Below, piece by piece: positions 8,727 to 19,342 of a DNA stretch of 63,609 bases (positions are counted from its first letter, which is position 1; each line of letters opens with the position of its first letter). The notes under the pieces are model-generated. The model searched no databases. It had not been told where the DNA came from and saw nothing but the letters and a program-made list of their open reading frames with translations. This DNA is from a bacterium (GTDB taxonomy: Bacteria > Bdellovibrionota_C > UBA2361 > RFPC01). The translations under genes were made by a program, and so were the position numbers. The stretch lies in the NCBI GenBank assembly GCA_022763385.1, contig JALEGQ010000174.1:1-63609 (forward strand), written 5' to 3'.

Positions 8727-9926
8727 TCACGATGAGAGAGAAAGCGATGCTTTTACCTGGCGGAGGAAGTCTTCTCTCTCGATTGGTTTGGCGATGTACG
8801 AGTTCATTCCCGTGTCTTCGCATCGCTGCTTGACCGTGGGTTCGATATGGGCTGAAAGGGCGATGATCGGAATGTCTTCCAGGTATGGAATCTCTCCGGC
8901 GCGGGCCCAGGTTGCTACGTCGAAACCCGATATGTCCGGCATTTCGATGTCAAGGAGCACGAGGTCACACTGGTATTGAGAGAGGATCTGCATCGTCTCC
9001 ATTCCACTTGACGCCTGGAGCACGGTAATGTTCTCTATTCCTTCAAGGAGCCGTTCCACGAGGAGCCGATTCACGTCATTGTCATCGGCGACCAGTATTG
9101 TTCTTTTCCCACCTTCTGTTGGTGGTGTCGCTACAACCTCCTTACTCCGGTAGGCTTCTGGAGCAGTCACAGAGAATCGAAAGTTGCTTCCGGTGCCAGG
9201 GATACTCTTCAGTGAGATCTCTCCACCCATCAGCTCAACGAGGTTTCCAGCAATGGCAAGCCCGAGGCCGGTTCCCCCATAATTACGGGCAACGGAGGCA
9301 TCAACCTGGGTGAAGGATTCAAAGATGGCATCTTGTTTCTCTTCAGGAATGCCGATTCCAGTATCTGCAATGGAGAAGATGAGTTCATCTTCCTGGCCCC
9401 GTTCGCACATGATGACTATGGAGCCACCGATATCAGTGAACTTTAAGGCGTTTCCAAAGAGGTTCATCAAGATCTGAGTAAGACGATCTCCATCAACGGT
9501 TACGGCATCCGGGAAGTCCTCGGTAAAATGAGAGAGAACCGTAATCTCTCGCTCATGAATACGGGGGGCAAGGAGTCGGGTAATGTTCTCGATCACCTCT
9601 CGAGGAGAGATCTGGGTGGGGAAGAGCTCGTACTTTCCCGCTTGAATTTTCGAAAAGTCCAGGATGTCGTTGACGATAGAGAGGAGGCTTCTCGAGCTCC
9701 GAGTTACTATGCCAAGCATGGCCTCCTGTTCATCCGTGAGTTCTGTGTCGAGCATGAGCTCAGTCATCCCGAGAATTCCATTCAGGGGGGTGCGAATTTC
9801 ATGGCTCATAACGGCGAGGAATTCATTCTTCGCCTGAGCACTGGCGTGCGAGAGCTCTCTCGCTTCAGAGAGCTCAGCCTTTATCTTCTCAAGCTCTGCT
9901 TCTAAAGCAGCTCGTGATCGTTCCAT
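8727..9926 (-). CDS. Cytoplasmic hybrid sensor histidine kinase / response regulator (HisKA-HATPase_c-REC)
   Basis: 399 aa. H-box [13 protein letters not shown]; G-boxes DTGIGI and GGTGLGLAI; receiver [11 protein letters not shown]...[11 protein letters not shown]. No TM or sensor domain, only an N-terminal coiled coil. Confidence 0.85.
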   Translation of the reverse strand: MERSRAALEAELEKIKAELSEARELSHASAQAKNEFLAVMSHEIRTPLNGILGMTELMLDTELTDEQEAMLGIVTRSSRSLLSIVNDILDFSKIQAGKYELFPTQISPREVIENITRLLAPRIHEREITVLSHFTEDFPDAVTVDGDRLTQILMNLFGNALKFTDIGGSIVIMCERGQEDELIFSIADTGIGIPEEKQDAIFESFTQVDASVARNYGGTGLGLAIAGNLVELMGGEISLKSIPGTGSNFRFSVTAPEAYRSKEVVATPPTEGGKRTILVADDNDVNRLLVERLLEGIENITVLQASSGMETMQILSQYQCDLVLLDIEMPDISGFDVATWARAGEIPYLEDIPIIALSAHIEPTVKQRCEDTGMNSYIAKPIEREDFLRQVKASLSLSS

Positions 9927-10031
9927 GTGGCGACGTCCCGGATCCTTGGATTGAGAGGTGGTACACCCGCACCTTCCTTTTAGTTCGGCGTTTGTCCACA
10001 GGAGCTGAAGGCCCTTTTGGAGAGGGGAGGG

Positions 10032-10415
10032 CTACCGATCTTCGACGGTCATCTCGATTTCAATGAGTGCGTCGAGTGGAAGTCGGACGACCTGAAAAGT
10101 GGCTCGGGCAGGTTTTGCCCCATCAAGCCACTGTTCGTAGATGGCATTAACGGTCCCGAAGTGTTCAAGATCCTTCAATAAAATCGTGGTTTTACAGATG
10201 TCACGACACTCAAGTCCAAAGTGAGTGAGCACCGCAGAGAGGTTTTTCATGACCTGTTTCGCCTGAGCCTCGATGTCTCCCTCAATAAGGCTTCCGGTCT
10301 CCGGAACGATGGGGACCTGGCCTGAGACAAAGAGCAGCCCCTGGGCCCGGGTTACCTGTGAATACGGGCCAATCGCTCCTGGCGCCCCGGCAATTCCACT
10401 TATCTCATCTACCAC
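10032..10415 (-). CDS. ridA: RidA/YjgF-family reactive enamine/imine deaminase
   Basis: GAIGPYSQV...LFVSGQ...ARATFQVVRLPLDALIEIE. The listed ORF (to 10541) overlaps the asmA 3' end. A GTG at 10415 is preceded by GGAGGAG and gives a typical 127 aa. Confidence 0.8.
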   Translation of the reverse strand: MVDEISGIAGAPGAIGPYSQVTRAQGLLFVSGQVPIVPETGSLIEGDIEAQAKQVMKNLSAVLTHFGLECRDICKTTILLKDLEHFGTVNAIYEQWLDGAKPARATFQVVRLPLDALIEIEMTVEDR

Positions 10416-10437
10416 GATACTCTCCTCCCACCTGTCA

Positions 10438-12450
10438 TCAGAAACCGAGCAATCCTTTGACGAGATCCCCCTTTGAGGACTCTCCCTTCTTCGTTGAGGA
10501 GCCAAGTGCCTTGTTGAGCAGCTCTGTCGCTTTCTCCTCAATGACTTTCCCGGCTCCGAGTTTCATAATCTCCTTCATATTCGGAAGAATAATCGGTGCA
10601 TTCGCCTTCCCCGTTATCTGAAGAGGAATAACGAGTTGCTGTTTCTCATCAAGCAACTTGTTAAGCTCCGTCACCTTACTTGCCAGGGAGAGGGAGAGCG
10701 CTGGAATAAACCGGAACGTCGTCTTCAGGTTGAGAGTGCTGTCAAACCGGATCGTTCCTTCAGATTTCATGGAGAAGAGAGAGCTCTCAAGAGAGAGTGA
10801 CTGGGCGGTTATCACCTGATCCGCGATAGCAATCTCGGTTTGGAGGGAGCGGATGGGTGTGGTGTCTCCATTTAGCTCCCCCTGATACTCCTCGGGGACA
10901 GAACCAAACACCGCCTCGTTCAGGAAGGGGATATCTTTCATGGCTCGGAGAACGAGGGCTGGGAGATTTCCTCCGGTAAAGGTTCCGTTAACCACCGCAA
11001 GTTTGGCATCAGCAGTAAGTGTTTCAGCGGGCCTCTCTTTTGCATTTCCACGAGCAGCAAACTGGAGCTGCTGGAGGGTTCCTGTAATGGGAGCCTTTTC
11101 CCCCTTCATCGCCAACGCGAGAGCTCGTTCAATCGGGAGGTTCTGTGTCGTTGCTTCTACCGAGAAAGGGAGCGCTGCGGTGAATGGCTTCGCGGTAAGT
11201 GAAGGGGTGATAGAGGTGTCAAAGGCGTTAAACTGTGTGTCCCTCAATGTGAAAGTGCCGTTTGTCGCCTTCAGTGACCCCTTACCCGAGATGGGCTCTC
11301 CAAGGTACTGAATCTTCTCCAGAGAAAAATCAAACCCACCACTCTGACTTGGCACGGTGTATCCTCCTTTTACCGAGAATGCTCCTCCAAGCAGCTCGGT
11401 TCGAAGTGAACCGATCGCTGCCCGCTGTTGGGGGAGGGCGAAGGTGATGTCTCGGAGGAGCGTGCGAACCTCTCCGATCTCCTGTAAAGCCAGTGCAATC
11501 TCTCCCTCGGGAAGAACGGCACCGGTGCCGTCGTATTGAACGTCTTTCAGGGAGAAGGTGATCGGTGATGTTGCAGCGGGGTGTGTCGCTTCTCCGCTCA
11601 GCTGTTTGATCTTTGTTGAGATCTCCTTGCCATCGAAATCGACATTCGACAGTGAGCTGGTCAGGGTGATGTCATGGCTTGGAAGCGTTGCGCCGAGCTG
11701 TACCTGTTTGAGTGAACCACGGAGTGACCCCAGGTGCACTGAGCCCTGCGAGAGGTCGACCTGGAGAGCGCTCTGAAGGTATTGCTGTTCTTTCTTTTCG
11801 GCGGTGACCTCAGCGGAAAGGGTGAGGGCAGCAAGTATGGCTCGTGGCCCCTGGAGGGAGAGGGTGGTTCGCAATGCTCCATCTTCAACACGAAAGAGGT
11901 CCCCCTGAAGAGTTTGGAAATGGAGCTCTGTCTCACTCACGGCAAGTGAGTCGAGGTCAACTTGCAGCCAACTCGGTGGAGCCGCAGGAGTACCGGCACC
12001 TTTTTTTGCTGGGCGTTTCTCTTCTCCGGAAGGGGTTTTCTGCTGAACTTTTTGCTTCGGTTTTTGCGGAAGTCCTTCGATGGAGACTCCCCCCGAGGTC
12101 TGTTGTGCACGGACCTGGAGACCGTTGAGCTCAACCGAATGGATACTCAACTTCCCCAAGAGCAGGTCGAGCAGTCCCACCTCGATGCCGCCTCCATTCA
12201 CGAGGAGTTTCCGATCGGGATTCTTCGGTTCCACGAGTTGGATCCTCTCCACCTGGAGATATGGGGAGGGGTGGAAGCCGAGTCGGATGTCGCCGATGGA
12301 AAGGTCTGTTGCGAGCGCTTCGCTTCCTCGTTTCTCAATCTCGGGCTTGAGCTTCGCGATGAGCTTGTCGGCCTGGGTGTAGGCAAAGATTCCGATGCCG
12401 AGGGCGCCAACGAAGAGGGTGGCGATGAGAATAAGAAGAAATTTTTTCAT
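10438..12450 (-). CDS. AsmA-family outer-membrane biogenesis/lipid-transport protein
   Basis: N-terminal anchor MKKFLLILIATLFVGALGIG, then a long beta-rich repetitive body with AsmA-like N- and C-terminal regions. Start set at the ATG at 12450. Confidence 0.7.
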   Translation of the reverse strand: MKKFLLILIATLFVGALGIGIFAYTQADKLIAKLKPEIEKRGSEALATDLSIGDIRLGFHPSPYLQVERIQLVEPKNPDRKLLVNGGGIEVGLLDLLLGKLSIHSVELNGLQVRAQQTSGGVSIEGLPQKPKQKVQQKTPSGEEKRPAKKGAGTPAAPPSWLQVDLDSLAVSETELHFQTLQGDLFRVEDGALRTTLSLQGPRAILAALTLSAEVTAEKKEQQYLQSALQVDLSQGSVHLGSLRGSLKQVQLGATLPSHDITLTSSLSNVDFDGKEISTKIKQLSGEATHPAATSPITFSLKDVQYDGTGAVLPEGEIALALQEIGEVRTLLRDITFALPQQRAAIGSLRTELLGGAFSVKGGYTVPSQSGGFDFSLEKIQYLGEPISGKGSLKATNGTFTLRDTQFNAFDTSITPSLTAKPFTAALPFSVEATTQNLPIERALALAMKGEKAPITGTLQQLQFAARGNAKERPAETLTADAKLAVVNGTFTGGNLPALVLRAMKDIPFLNEAVFGSVPEEYQGELNGDTTPIRSLQTEIAIADQVITAQSLSLESSLFSMKSEGTIRFDSTLNLKTTFRFIPALSLSLASKVTELNKLLDEKQQLVIPLQITGKANAPIILPNMKEIMKLGAGKVIEEKATELLNKALGSSTKKGESSKGDLVKGLLGF

Positions 12451-12569
12451 GGGGCTCTTTTTTTTATTCCTGGAATACGATCCGACTGGAATCATACTCG
12501 GTGAAGGGAGAAGCGCACAATGGGGGGAAGCCTTTCAAAGTTGCTCTGGCCTTTCAAGACTGACATCAT

Positions 12570-14360
12570 ATGCCGATGCAGAGTACCCCACGTCGACTCC
12601 TCCGATATCTGAAGCCGTATACTGGCGCTTTTTTTCTTGCGCTTGGGTGTACCGTAATTTTTGGGGCATCAGAAGGGGGTATCCCCTTTATCTTAAAACA
12701 GATTCTGGATGGAGTCTTTCTCGAGAAGGATGAGACGCTCCTCGCCTGGTTGCCGGTAGTTATTATCGGCTTTGCTCTCTTTCGGGCGCTCTTTGACTTT
12801 CTCCAGAGTTTCCTCCTCGCTCGGCTCGGTCACCTGATCGTGAAGGATATCCGCAACGAGATGGATGAGAAGATTCTGATGCTCTCGCCGGCGTACTTTG
12901 TAAAGGAGCGCGGAGGAGATCTCCTCAGTAAGGTGACAAACGATGTGGTGCTTATCAGGAGTTTGCTGACCGATTCGGTTTCGGCAGTGATACGCGATTC
13001 TATTCGAGTACTCGTTCTCCTGAGCGTGGCCTTCTATCTCGATGCCCTCCTCGCGGGCATCGCTTTTTTTGCGTTTCCGTTGGCGGTCTATCCGGTAACC
13101 CGTTTTGCGAAGCGGGTCCGAAAACTTGCTCGTCGAGGACAGGATGGGGTGGGGAATCTGAGTAGCCTGCTCCAGCAGACGATTCTCGGGAGCAAGGTGG
13201 TGCAGATATTTGGCCGAGAGCAGTTTGAGCATGAGCGGTACCGGGCAGAGAACGATCGCCTCACGGGTGACTTCGTACAGTCCGAAAAGATCCGCTCCTT
13301 CACGGGGCCACTCAATGAAGTTACGGGGTCGATAGCGATAGTCGGAGTGATCGTCTATGGCGGGTACTCGGTCATTGAAGGGGTGCGGAGTCAGGGAGAG
13401 TTTATCGCTTTTCTGACGACCCTCTTTCTTATGTACGAGCCCTTTAAGAAGTTAACGAAGGTCTTTAACGCGGCACAACAGGGGCTCTCTGCTGCGGATC
13501 GGATCTTCGAGCTGCTCGATGCTCCTATAGAGATAACCGAGAAGGCTCGGCCCCTCGCTCTTCCCCAGGGGCGCGATATCGAGTTTCGAGGAGTGAGCTT
13601 TTCCTATGAGCCGAACAAGGATCCGGCTCTTCGAGAGATACACTGTACTCTTCCTGAGGGCGAGCGAACGGCGTTGGTCGGATTCTCCGGAGCGGGGAAG
13701 AGTACGTTCGTTGATCTCGTTCCCCGTTTTATCGATCCTGGAGAGGGCGCAGTACTCCTCGGAGGAGTCGATCTCCGAGAGCTCTCTCTCCGAGAGCTCC
13801 GTTCTCAGATTGCGATGGTGAGTCAGCAGACCTTTCTCTTTCACGATACCATTTTTAATAACATCGCGTATGGTAAGCCGGACGCGACTCAGGATGAGGT
13901 GCGTGAAGCTGCTGAGCATGCCTTTGCCCTCTCGTTTATTGAGGCTCTTCCGGCAGGCTTTGAAACGGAGGTTGGAGAAGGGGGGCTTACCCTCTCCGGG
14001 GGAGAGCGACAGCGCATCGCGATTGCACGGGCGATCCTGAAGGATGCTCCGATTCTGATCCTTGATGAGGCAACGGCGTCGCTCGATAACCAGGCAGAGC
14101 GAGAGGTGCAGAGCGCTTTGGAACGGCTGGAACGTGAACGAACTTCACTGGTGATTGCTCACCGACTTTCCACGGTGCAGTCTGCGGATCGTATCCTTGT
14201 TTTTGAGAAGGGAAGATTGGCAGAGAGTGGAAAACACGAGGAGCTCCTTGATCGCAGTGGTCTCTATGCCCAGCTGTATCGTCTCCAGTTTCAAGAATCC
14301 AAGGAGAGCACAGAGACGCTGTGTGAAGAGCCCTCTGCTGTCATGTCGCGAGTTTCCTAG
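12570..14360 (+). CDS. msbA: Lipid A export ABC transporter (permease/ATPase fusion), MsbA
   Basis: 596 aa. Six-TM domain plus Walker A GFSGAGKST, signature LSGGERQR and Walker B ILILDEATS. Followed by waaA and lpxK. Confidence 0.85.
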   Translation: MPMQSTPRRLLRYLKPYTGAFFLALGCTVIFGASEGGIPFILKQILDGVFLEKDETLLAWLPVVIIGFALFRALFDFLQSFLLARLGHLIVKDIRNEMDEKILMLSPAYFVKERGGDLLSKVTNDVVLIRSLLTDSVSAVIRDSIRVLVLLSVAFYLDALLAGIAFFAFPLAVYPVTRFAKRVRKLARRGQDGVGNLSSLLQQTILGSKVVQIFGREQFEHERYRAENDRLTGDFVQSEKIRSFTGPLNEVTGSIAIVGVIVYGGYSVIEGVRSQGEFIAFLTTLFLMYEPFKKLTKVFNAAQQGLSAADRIFELLDAPIEITEKARPLALPQGRDIEFRGVSFSYEPNKDPALREIHCTLPEGERTALVGFSGAGKSTFVDLVPRFIDPGEGAVLLGGVDLRELSLRELRSQIAMVSQQTFLFHDTIFNNIAYGKPDATQDEVREAAEHAFALSFIEALPAGFETEVGEGGLTLSGGERQRIAIARAILKDAPILILDEATASLDNQAEREVQSALERLERERTSLVIAHRLSTVQSADRILVFEKGRLAESGKHEELLDRSGLYAQLYRLQFQESKESTETLCEEPSAVMSRVS

Positions 14361-14369
14361 GATCATCCG

Positions 14370-15641
14370 ATGAGAGTGGTGAAGGGAGGAGTGCTCATCA
14401 TCTATCAAGGGGTTCTTTTTGTCCTCCTGTTTCCCGCACTCTTCTGTCTTTGGCTCCATCCGCGAGGTCGGCGGCGGTTGAGGGAGCGACTTGGAGGGTG
14501 GGATCTCCCGGAAGCTTCCTACCTCTGGGTACACGGAGCCTCTGCGGGAGAGCTCAAAGGGCTTCTGCCGGTGATTCCGGCTCTTCGAGAGCGGTACCCA
14601 GGGAGTAAGATCTTATTGACTTCACTCTCTGTTACCGGCATTGAGCGTTTTGGAGACCACGGTGATGAGGCTCGACTCCTTCCCTTCGATCTCTGGCCCT
14701 GCCTCTGGCGAGCCCTTCCCCGTGATGTCGAACTCTTTGTCTTTGGTGAAACCGAGCTGTGGCCATTGCTCTTGGGGCTGTTACAGGGGAGAGGGGTTCC
14801 GTGTGTGCTGCTGAACGGGAGGATTGAGCCAGGGAGTTGGCGGTGGTACTCGAAGTTTTCGGCACTCTTCTCTCCGGTAGTCTCCAACCTGAAGCTTGCT
14901 GCAGTGACTTCATCTCAGACGGAGGATCACTTGCTCCACCTTGGCTTATCCCGTGAGCGAACGGTTGTAACGGGAAATATGAAGTATGATACAGCCCCTT
15001 CGTATGAACCAACCTCTGAACGGAAGAGGATGCGAGAGCGATTGATTGGAGAACTTCCTGAGAGAAAGATTATTACGCTCGGAAGTGTTCATCCCGGTGA
15101 GGAGCGCTTCTGGATAGAGGGGCTCTCCGAAGAACTTCACCGAGGCGAAGTCTTGCTGGTGATTGTTCCTCGACACCTTGAGAAGCTCCATTATTTCTCT
15201 CGTGCTCTTCAAGAAGCAGAGCTTTCGTGCCAGATGTGGAGTCGCTTCTCTGAAGACGAAGGCTGCCGAGTCCTTCTTGTCGATAGTTTCGGAGAACTTG
15301 AGCGGTTCTTTGCTCCTGCAGATCTCGTCTTTATCGGTGGAACGCTTGTTTCTGTTGGGGGGCATAACCCCTTCGAGGCGGCACCGTATCGGGTTCCGAT
15401 CGCCGTTGGGAGCTGTGTTTCTCAGATACGGGGAGAGGTTCGTCAGTTGGAGGCTCACGGTGCCTGTGTTCGGGTGAGCTCAGTGGAAGATATCCGTCAG
15501 CTCGTCACCGAGGTCCTGGCGGGGAGTGAAGAGGTCTCGTCCTGTGCGGAGCGTCTCTTTCAGCTGTGGAATGCTCAGAGGGGCACGACCGAGGGAGTTG
15601 TCGAACGACTCGCTGAGATCTCTCGTGTGGAGGAGCGATGA
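14370..15641 (+). CDS. waaA: 3-deoxy-D-manno-octulosonic acid (Kdo) transferase
   Basis: 423 aa with the N-terminal anchor and GT30-like layout (WVHGASAGE...GGS..GGHNPFEAA). Synteny msbA-waaA-lpxK. Confidence 0.8.
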   Translation: MRVVKGGVLIIYQGVLFVLLFPALFCLWLHPRGRRRLRERLGGWDLPEASYLWVHGASAGELKGLLPVIPALRERYPGSKILLTSLSVTGIERFGDHGDEARLLPFDLWPCLWRALPRDVELFVFGETELWPLLLGLLQGRGVPCVLLNGRIEPGSWRWYSKFSALFSPVVSNLKLAAVTSSQTEDHLLHLGLSRERTVVTGNMKYDTAPSYEPTSERKRMRERLIGELPERKIITLGSVHPGEERFWIEGLSEELHRGEVLLVIVPRHLEKLHYFSRALQEAELSCQMWSRFSEDEGCRVLLVDSFGELERFFAPADLVFIGGTLVSVGGHNPFEAAPYRVPIAVGSCVSQIRGEVRQLEAHGACVRVSSVEDIRQLVTEVLAGSEEVSSCAERLFQLWNAQRGTTEGVVERLAEISRVEER

Positions 15642-16636
15642 AGAGGGGATTGTCGGTGATCTACCGAGCCGTTACCACCGGAAGGAATATGCTCTATGAT
15701 GTAGAGCTCTTCCCAACTTCGTCTATCTCACTTCCGGTGCTGTGTGTTGGAAACGTGGCGGTCGGAGGGAGTGGGAAAACACCGCTGGTTTTAGCGCTTG
15801 TCTCGCTGTTAAAGCAGGATGGACGTGCTCCGGTTATCCTTCTGCGAGGATATGGGGGAAGGGAGCGAGGACCTTTTCACCTTCAGCCGAGCTCCTCTGC
15901 AGAGCAGGTGGGGGATGAGGCCTGTCTCCACCAACTCAAATCTCGAGTTCCCGTTGTGGTTGCTCAGAGTCGGGTAGCCGGGGCGCGCTACATTGAACAG
16001 GAAAAACTTGGCGACATTATCGTTCTTGATGATGGATTTCAGCACCGTGCTCTTCAGAGGGATCTGAATATCCTTACCTTTGATGTTCGAGATCCTCAGG
16101 TGCAGAGAGATCTCAGAGAGGACCGAATGTTGCCGTGGGGGGTGTTGCGGGAACCTCTTGCCGCCGCTCTTCAACGGGCAGATCTCCTCGTGTATAACCA
16201 CCGTGGTCCCGAGCTTTCGGCAGAAGAGATCCGCTTGCCGAAGCTTCTCCAAGACTCACCGCTTCCCGCGTTTCACTGCTGGATTAGTGGCATGTCGGTG
16301 CAGAATGCTGCACAAGAGGTGCTCTCGCCAACGGAAGTCGTTGCAGTTTCGGGTATCGCTCGCCCGAGCGGGTTCTTGCGCCTGCTCGAAGAACATTCCT
16401 TTGTCGTGCTCCACCATGAGGAGTTTCGTGATCATGAACCTTTCTCGCTTGCGAAGATCGCCGCATTACGAGAGCAATTTCCGGATACGCCATTTCTCTG
16501 TACTGAGAAAGATTTTATGCGTCTTCCACCGTCAGAGCGAACACGGTGGTGGTCTGTCGTTCCGAACTATACGGTAGGGGAGGAAGAGCAGTTTGCTGAG
16601 GTGATCCTACGCTCTACCGTTCGCGACCGAGGATAG
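15638..16636 (+). CDS. lpxK: Tetraacyldisaccharide 4'-kinase
   Basis: 332 aa. P-loop VGNVAVGGSGKTP and the DDGFQH motif. ATGA overlap with waaA. Confidence 0.85.
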   Translation: MKRGLSVIYRAVTTGRNMLYDVELFPTSSISLPVLCVGNVAVGGSGKTPLVLALVSLLKQDGRAPVILLRGYGGRERGPFHLQPSSSAEQVGDEACLHQLKSRVPVVVAQSRVAGARYIEQEKLGDIIVLDDGFQHRALQRDLNILTFDVRDPQVQRDLREDRMLPWGVLREPLAAALQRADLLVYNHRGPELSAEEIRLPKLLQDSPLPAFHCWISGMSVQNAAQEVLSPTEVVAVSGIARPSGFLRLLEEHSFVVLHHEEFRDHEPFSLAKIAALREQFPDTPFLCTEKDFMRLPPSERTRWWSVVPNYTVGEEEQFAEVILRSTVRDRG

Positions 16637-17903
16637 CCTTTGCTTCTGCGGGAAGCGCAATCCACTCACGGTGTGGCGCTTCGGTCTCGGCAACAAGTTG
16701 TTCAAAGAGTGGCTCTGCTTTACTGAGCGGGATGAGTTTCCCGTCATCCTGTTGCACCATAAGTGCCTGTTTGGAGTCTCCTCGGTGCATATGGGTGAGT
16801 CGGAAGCGGTGGAGGTAGTATTTCGGATCGTACCCTGCATCGAGAACACACTGCCGTGCTTCTGCGAAGAGCTCTTCGCGATTATCTTCACTGAGAATAC
16901 GAACTGTTTTAAGAAGTGAACGGTGAAGGAGGCGGTGAGCGAGATCTTGTACGATCTGATCCTCGTCTTCGGCCCATCGCATGAGGTGGTATCGCCACCA
17001 CGGTTCTCGCATCCTGAAGAGGGTCGGGAGCGGAAGCTTCAGTGGTGAGCTTGCCGCAAGAACAAGCTGCATATCTTCATCCGCGAAGTTTGGTGCTCTT
17101 CCGAGATCTCGTACCCGCTGTACGACCGCCCCGTTGAGCATGTCGGCAGCCATGAGGGTTCGGTGTTGATAGAGCTGTCGGTACATGGCGTGCCGGGAGA
17201 TCGCAAAGTGCATGAGGGCATCGAGGCGGTTTTCACGCAGGGCCAGTTGGCCATCTTCAGCGATATGGAAAGACCCGAGAATCGCGGCTACGTTGTAACG
17301 GCCATAATCGACTCCGGCGAGCACGCTATCAACGACACACCAGTTCCCTCGGTCACAGTTCCACCCTCCGCCCGAGAGCACCTGCCAGGTCCACGGCGGA
17401 ACGGTGTCAGACTCCTGGAGAAGAGCCTCAACGAGGGAGGGGAGCGCTTCGTCTTCCGAGGCAAGAAGGGTGCTTATCTCTCGGTCTTCTCGGAGAATTC
17501 GGCATCCGAGTCGCTCATGAATATCTTGGGCTTCGGGGAACCACGTCTTGTACGCCGTATGTGAGCCGGGAGCGAGGTGGCCGATGTCGTGCAGCAGTGC
17601 CGCTGCTTGGATCGCAGTCCGAAAGCGTCGGACCTCTTTTCCGCGCTCGCTGTCGTTTCTGTACTGCTCTTCGAGGGCATTGAGGAGGAGTTTCGCGAGA
17701 TAGGCCACCCCAACGCAGTGACCAAAGCGAGAGTGCTCCGAAAACATGTAGACGAGTCGGGTGTTCGCCGTTTGACTGATATCGCGGAGTCGTTGAAACC
17801 ACGGGGTATCGATCAGGGCGAGTACAAGTCGGTCCGCCGGCTCGGTTTGAGAAAAGCTCACATTCGGATGGGCGACGTCTGCAAAGCTTACCAATTCACC
17901 CAT
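16614..17903 (-). CDS. HD-domain phosphohydrolase (dGTPase/SAMHD1-like superfamily)
   Basis: HSRFGHCVGVAYLA ... AALLHDIGHLAPGSH. Start set at the second ATG (17903, MGELVS), which overlaps the upstream ribBA-like stop by 8 nt. Confidence 0.7.
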   Translation of the reverse strand: MGELVSFADVAHPNVSFSQTEPADRLVLALIDTPWFQRLRDISQTANTRLVYMFSEHSRFGHCVGVAYLAKLLLNALEEQYRNDSERGKEVRRFRTAIQAAALLHDIGHLAPGSHTAYKTWFPEAQDIHERLGCRILREDREISTLLASEDEALPSLVEALLQESDTVPPWTWQVLSGGGWNCDRGNWCVVDSVLAGVDYGRYNVAAILGSFHIAEDGQLALRENRLDALMHFAISRHAMYRQLYQHRTLMAADMLNGAVVQRVRDLGRAPNFADEDMQLVLAASSPLKLPLPTLFRMREPWWRYHLMRWAEDEDQIVQDLAHRLLHRSLLKTVRILSEDNREELFAEARQCVLDAGYDPKYYLHRFRLTHMHRGDSKQALMVQQDDGKLIPLSKAEPLFEQLVAETEAPHREWIALPAEAKAILGRER

Positions 17904-19098
17904 GTGCCCCCTTCGTATTTCCAAGTGTGCGTTGTCCGATAATCTCGAGACCGAAATTCGCGAGCCCTGCAGCAGGAGCCCCACGAGAAGAGAGCAGGTG
18001 GATCTTTCTCACCCCGAGATCCCGGAGTATCTGAGCACCGATTCCGTACTCCTTCATTGCAGCGCCAGCCGGTTGCAGGGAGGGAGGGGGAAGGTCCTCG
18101 CCGCCTTCCCGTTGCGGATGTGCGGCACCTCCGAGTTCTCTGAGGAGGGGGAAGGTATCTGGCCTCCGCAGGTATACGAGTACTCCGACCTCAGCATCAC
18201 CCACTTCTTGAAGGGCTCGTTGCAGCGAGGTGGTTGGTGCTAGCGCTCCCTTCTCATCGCGATCTTCTACCGCTGGGCCAAAGACATCTTCAAAGAGTTG
18301 TTCTGGATGAACCCGGGTCAGTACCTCAGATTCTGCGTGGATCTCACCCTTTACAAGGGCGATGTGGTCTCCTTGGTGTACCTCTGAGCGGTAGAGGTAC
18401 GCTTTCATATTGCTTTCAAAGGAGGTGGGGAGGCGCACCTCCGTAATCTGTTTGACCATCTCTTCTCGTTGGAGCCGAGCGGTAATGAGATCTCCGATGG
18501 TGAGGGCCGTGAGTGATTCCTTTTTGGAGAGCTGTTCCCACTCTTCGAGGGAGAGAGCGCTCCCGGTCGCCGAGTAGAGCTCAAAGAAGCAGGCAGCATC
18601 ACCAGAGCGTGAGAGCTTGATCACATCGAGTGCCGCTTCGGGAAGAGCGCTTCGAACGAGAACTCCTCCGGCGCGGGTCTGAATGGGAAAGACATGCCCG
18701 GGTTTTACGATGTCACGAGCCTTCGGTTCGTCCGCTCCGAGCACTCGCACGGTTCTCGCCCGATCTGCCGCACTGATGCCTGTTGTCACCCCTTCTCGCG
18801 CTTCAACGGAAACGAGCTCTCGTGGCGCGAAGCCTCGGGGGGGGGGAAGGGTGCTCCGATTAAATCCCATCGGTTCGAGGTGAAATGTCTCTGCTCGTTC
18901 TGCGCTGAGAGCAACAAAGGGAGAAGAGCCCCGGGAAAGGTGAAGAGCTCGATTCACGATTTCGGCAGAGATTGTGCGAGCAGGAAACACGAGCGCACAC
19001 CCTCCCGACTGTTCGGTGTCATCGCGGAGGAGTACCGGCTGATCATTGCGAAATGACTGTTCTACCTCTTCAATCCATGAAAGAACTGTTTTCGACAT
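17896..19098 (-). CDS. RibBA-like two-domain protein (DHBP-synthase fold + GTP-cyclohydrolase-II fold) with diverged catalytic motifs
   Basis: 400 aa. Conserved [13 protein letters not shown] and [18 protein letters not shown]. However, RENEGD is replaced by EQSGGC and GHTEA by ALPEA, and the GCHII zinc cysteines are absent ([15 protein letters not shown]). Confidence 0.65.
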   Translation of the reverse strand: MSKTVLSWIEEVEQSFRNDQPVLLRDDTEQSGGCALVFPARTISAEIVNRALHLSRGSSPFVALSAERAETFHLEPMGFNRSTLPPPRGFAPRELVSVEAREGVTTGISAADRARTVRVLGADEPKARDIVKPGHVFPIQTRAGGVLVRSALPEAALDVIKLSRSGDAACFFELYSATGSALSLEEWEQLSKKESLTALTIGDLITARLQREEMVKQITEVRLPTSFESNMKAYLYRSEVHQGDHIALVKGEIHAESEVLTRVHPEQLFEDVFGPAVEDRDEKGALAPTTSLQRALQEVGDAEVGVLVYLRRPDTFPLLRELGGAAHPQREGGEDLPPPSLQPAGAAMKEYGIGAQILRDLGVRKIHLLSSRGAPAAGLANFGLEIIGQRTLGNTKGAHG

Positions 19099-19342
19099 CC
19101 TCAGACTCTCTCCACCTACTCCTAGGCAGCATTATACTCAGGCCTTTCCGAAAAAGGGAGCCCTCCAGGAGAGGAGATACGAGTTCTTCGTATGGTCTGT
19201 CGGTGAATTATCCGGTCAAGAATGCTGAGAAAGGTGACGATAGTCATGAAAGCAGGGAGAAAACTTCTTTGCGAAAAGGTAGCAGCAGGTACGGTACAGA
19301 GAAATGACGCCCCGTCATGACGAGAGCAGTAAGGATGGAGCT

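Noticed and set aside
19099-19300. FMN (RFN) riboswitch upstream of the RibBA-like gene
   Set aside because: The correct (minus) strand lacks the GGGCAGGGTGAAATTCCC / CCGACAGT...AGTCTGGATG cores. The only partial resemblance (GGTGAATTATCCGG ... GACGATAGTCATGAAAG) is on the opposite strand, covers one half-site and is too short.
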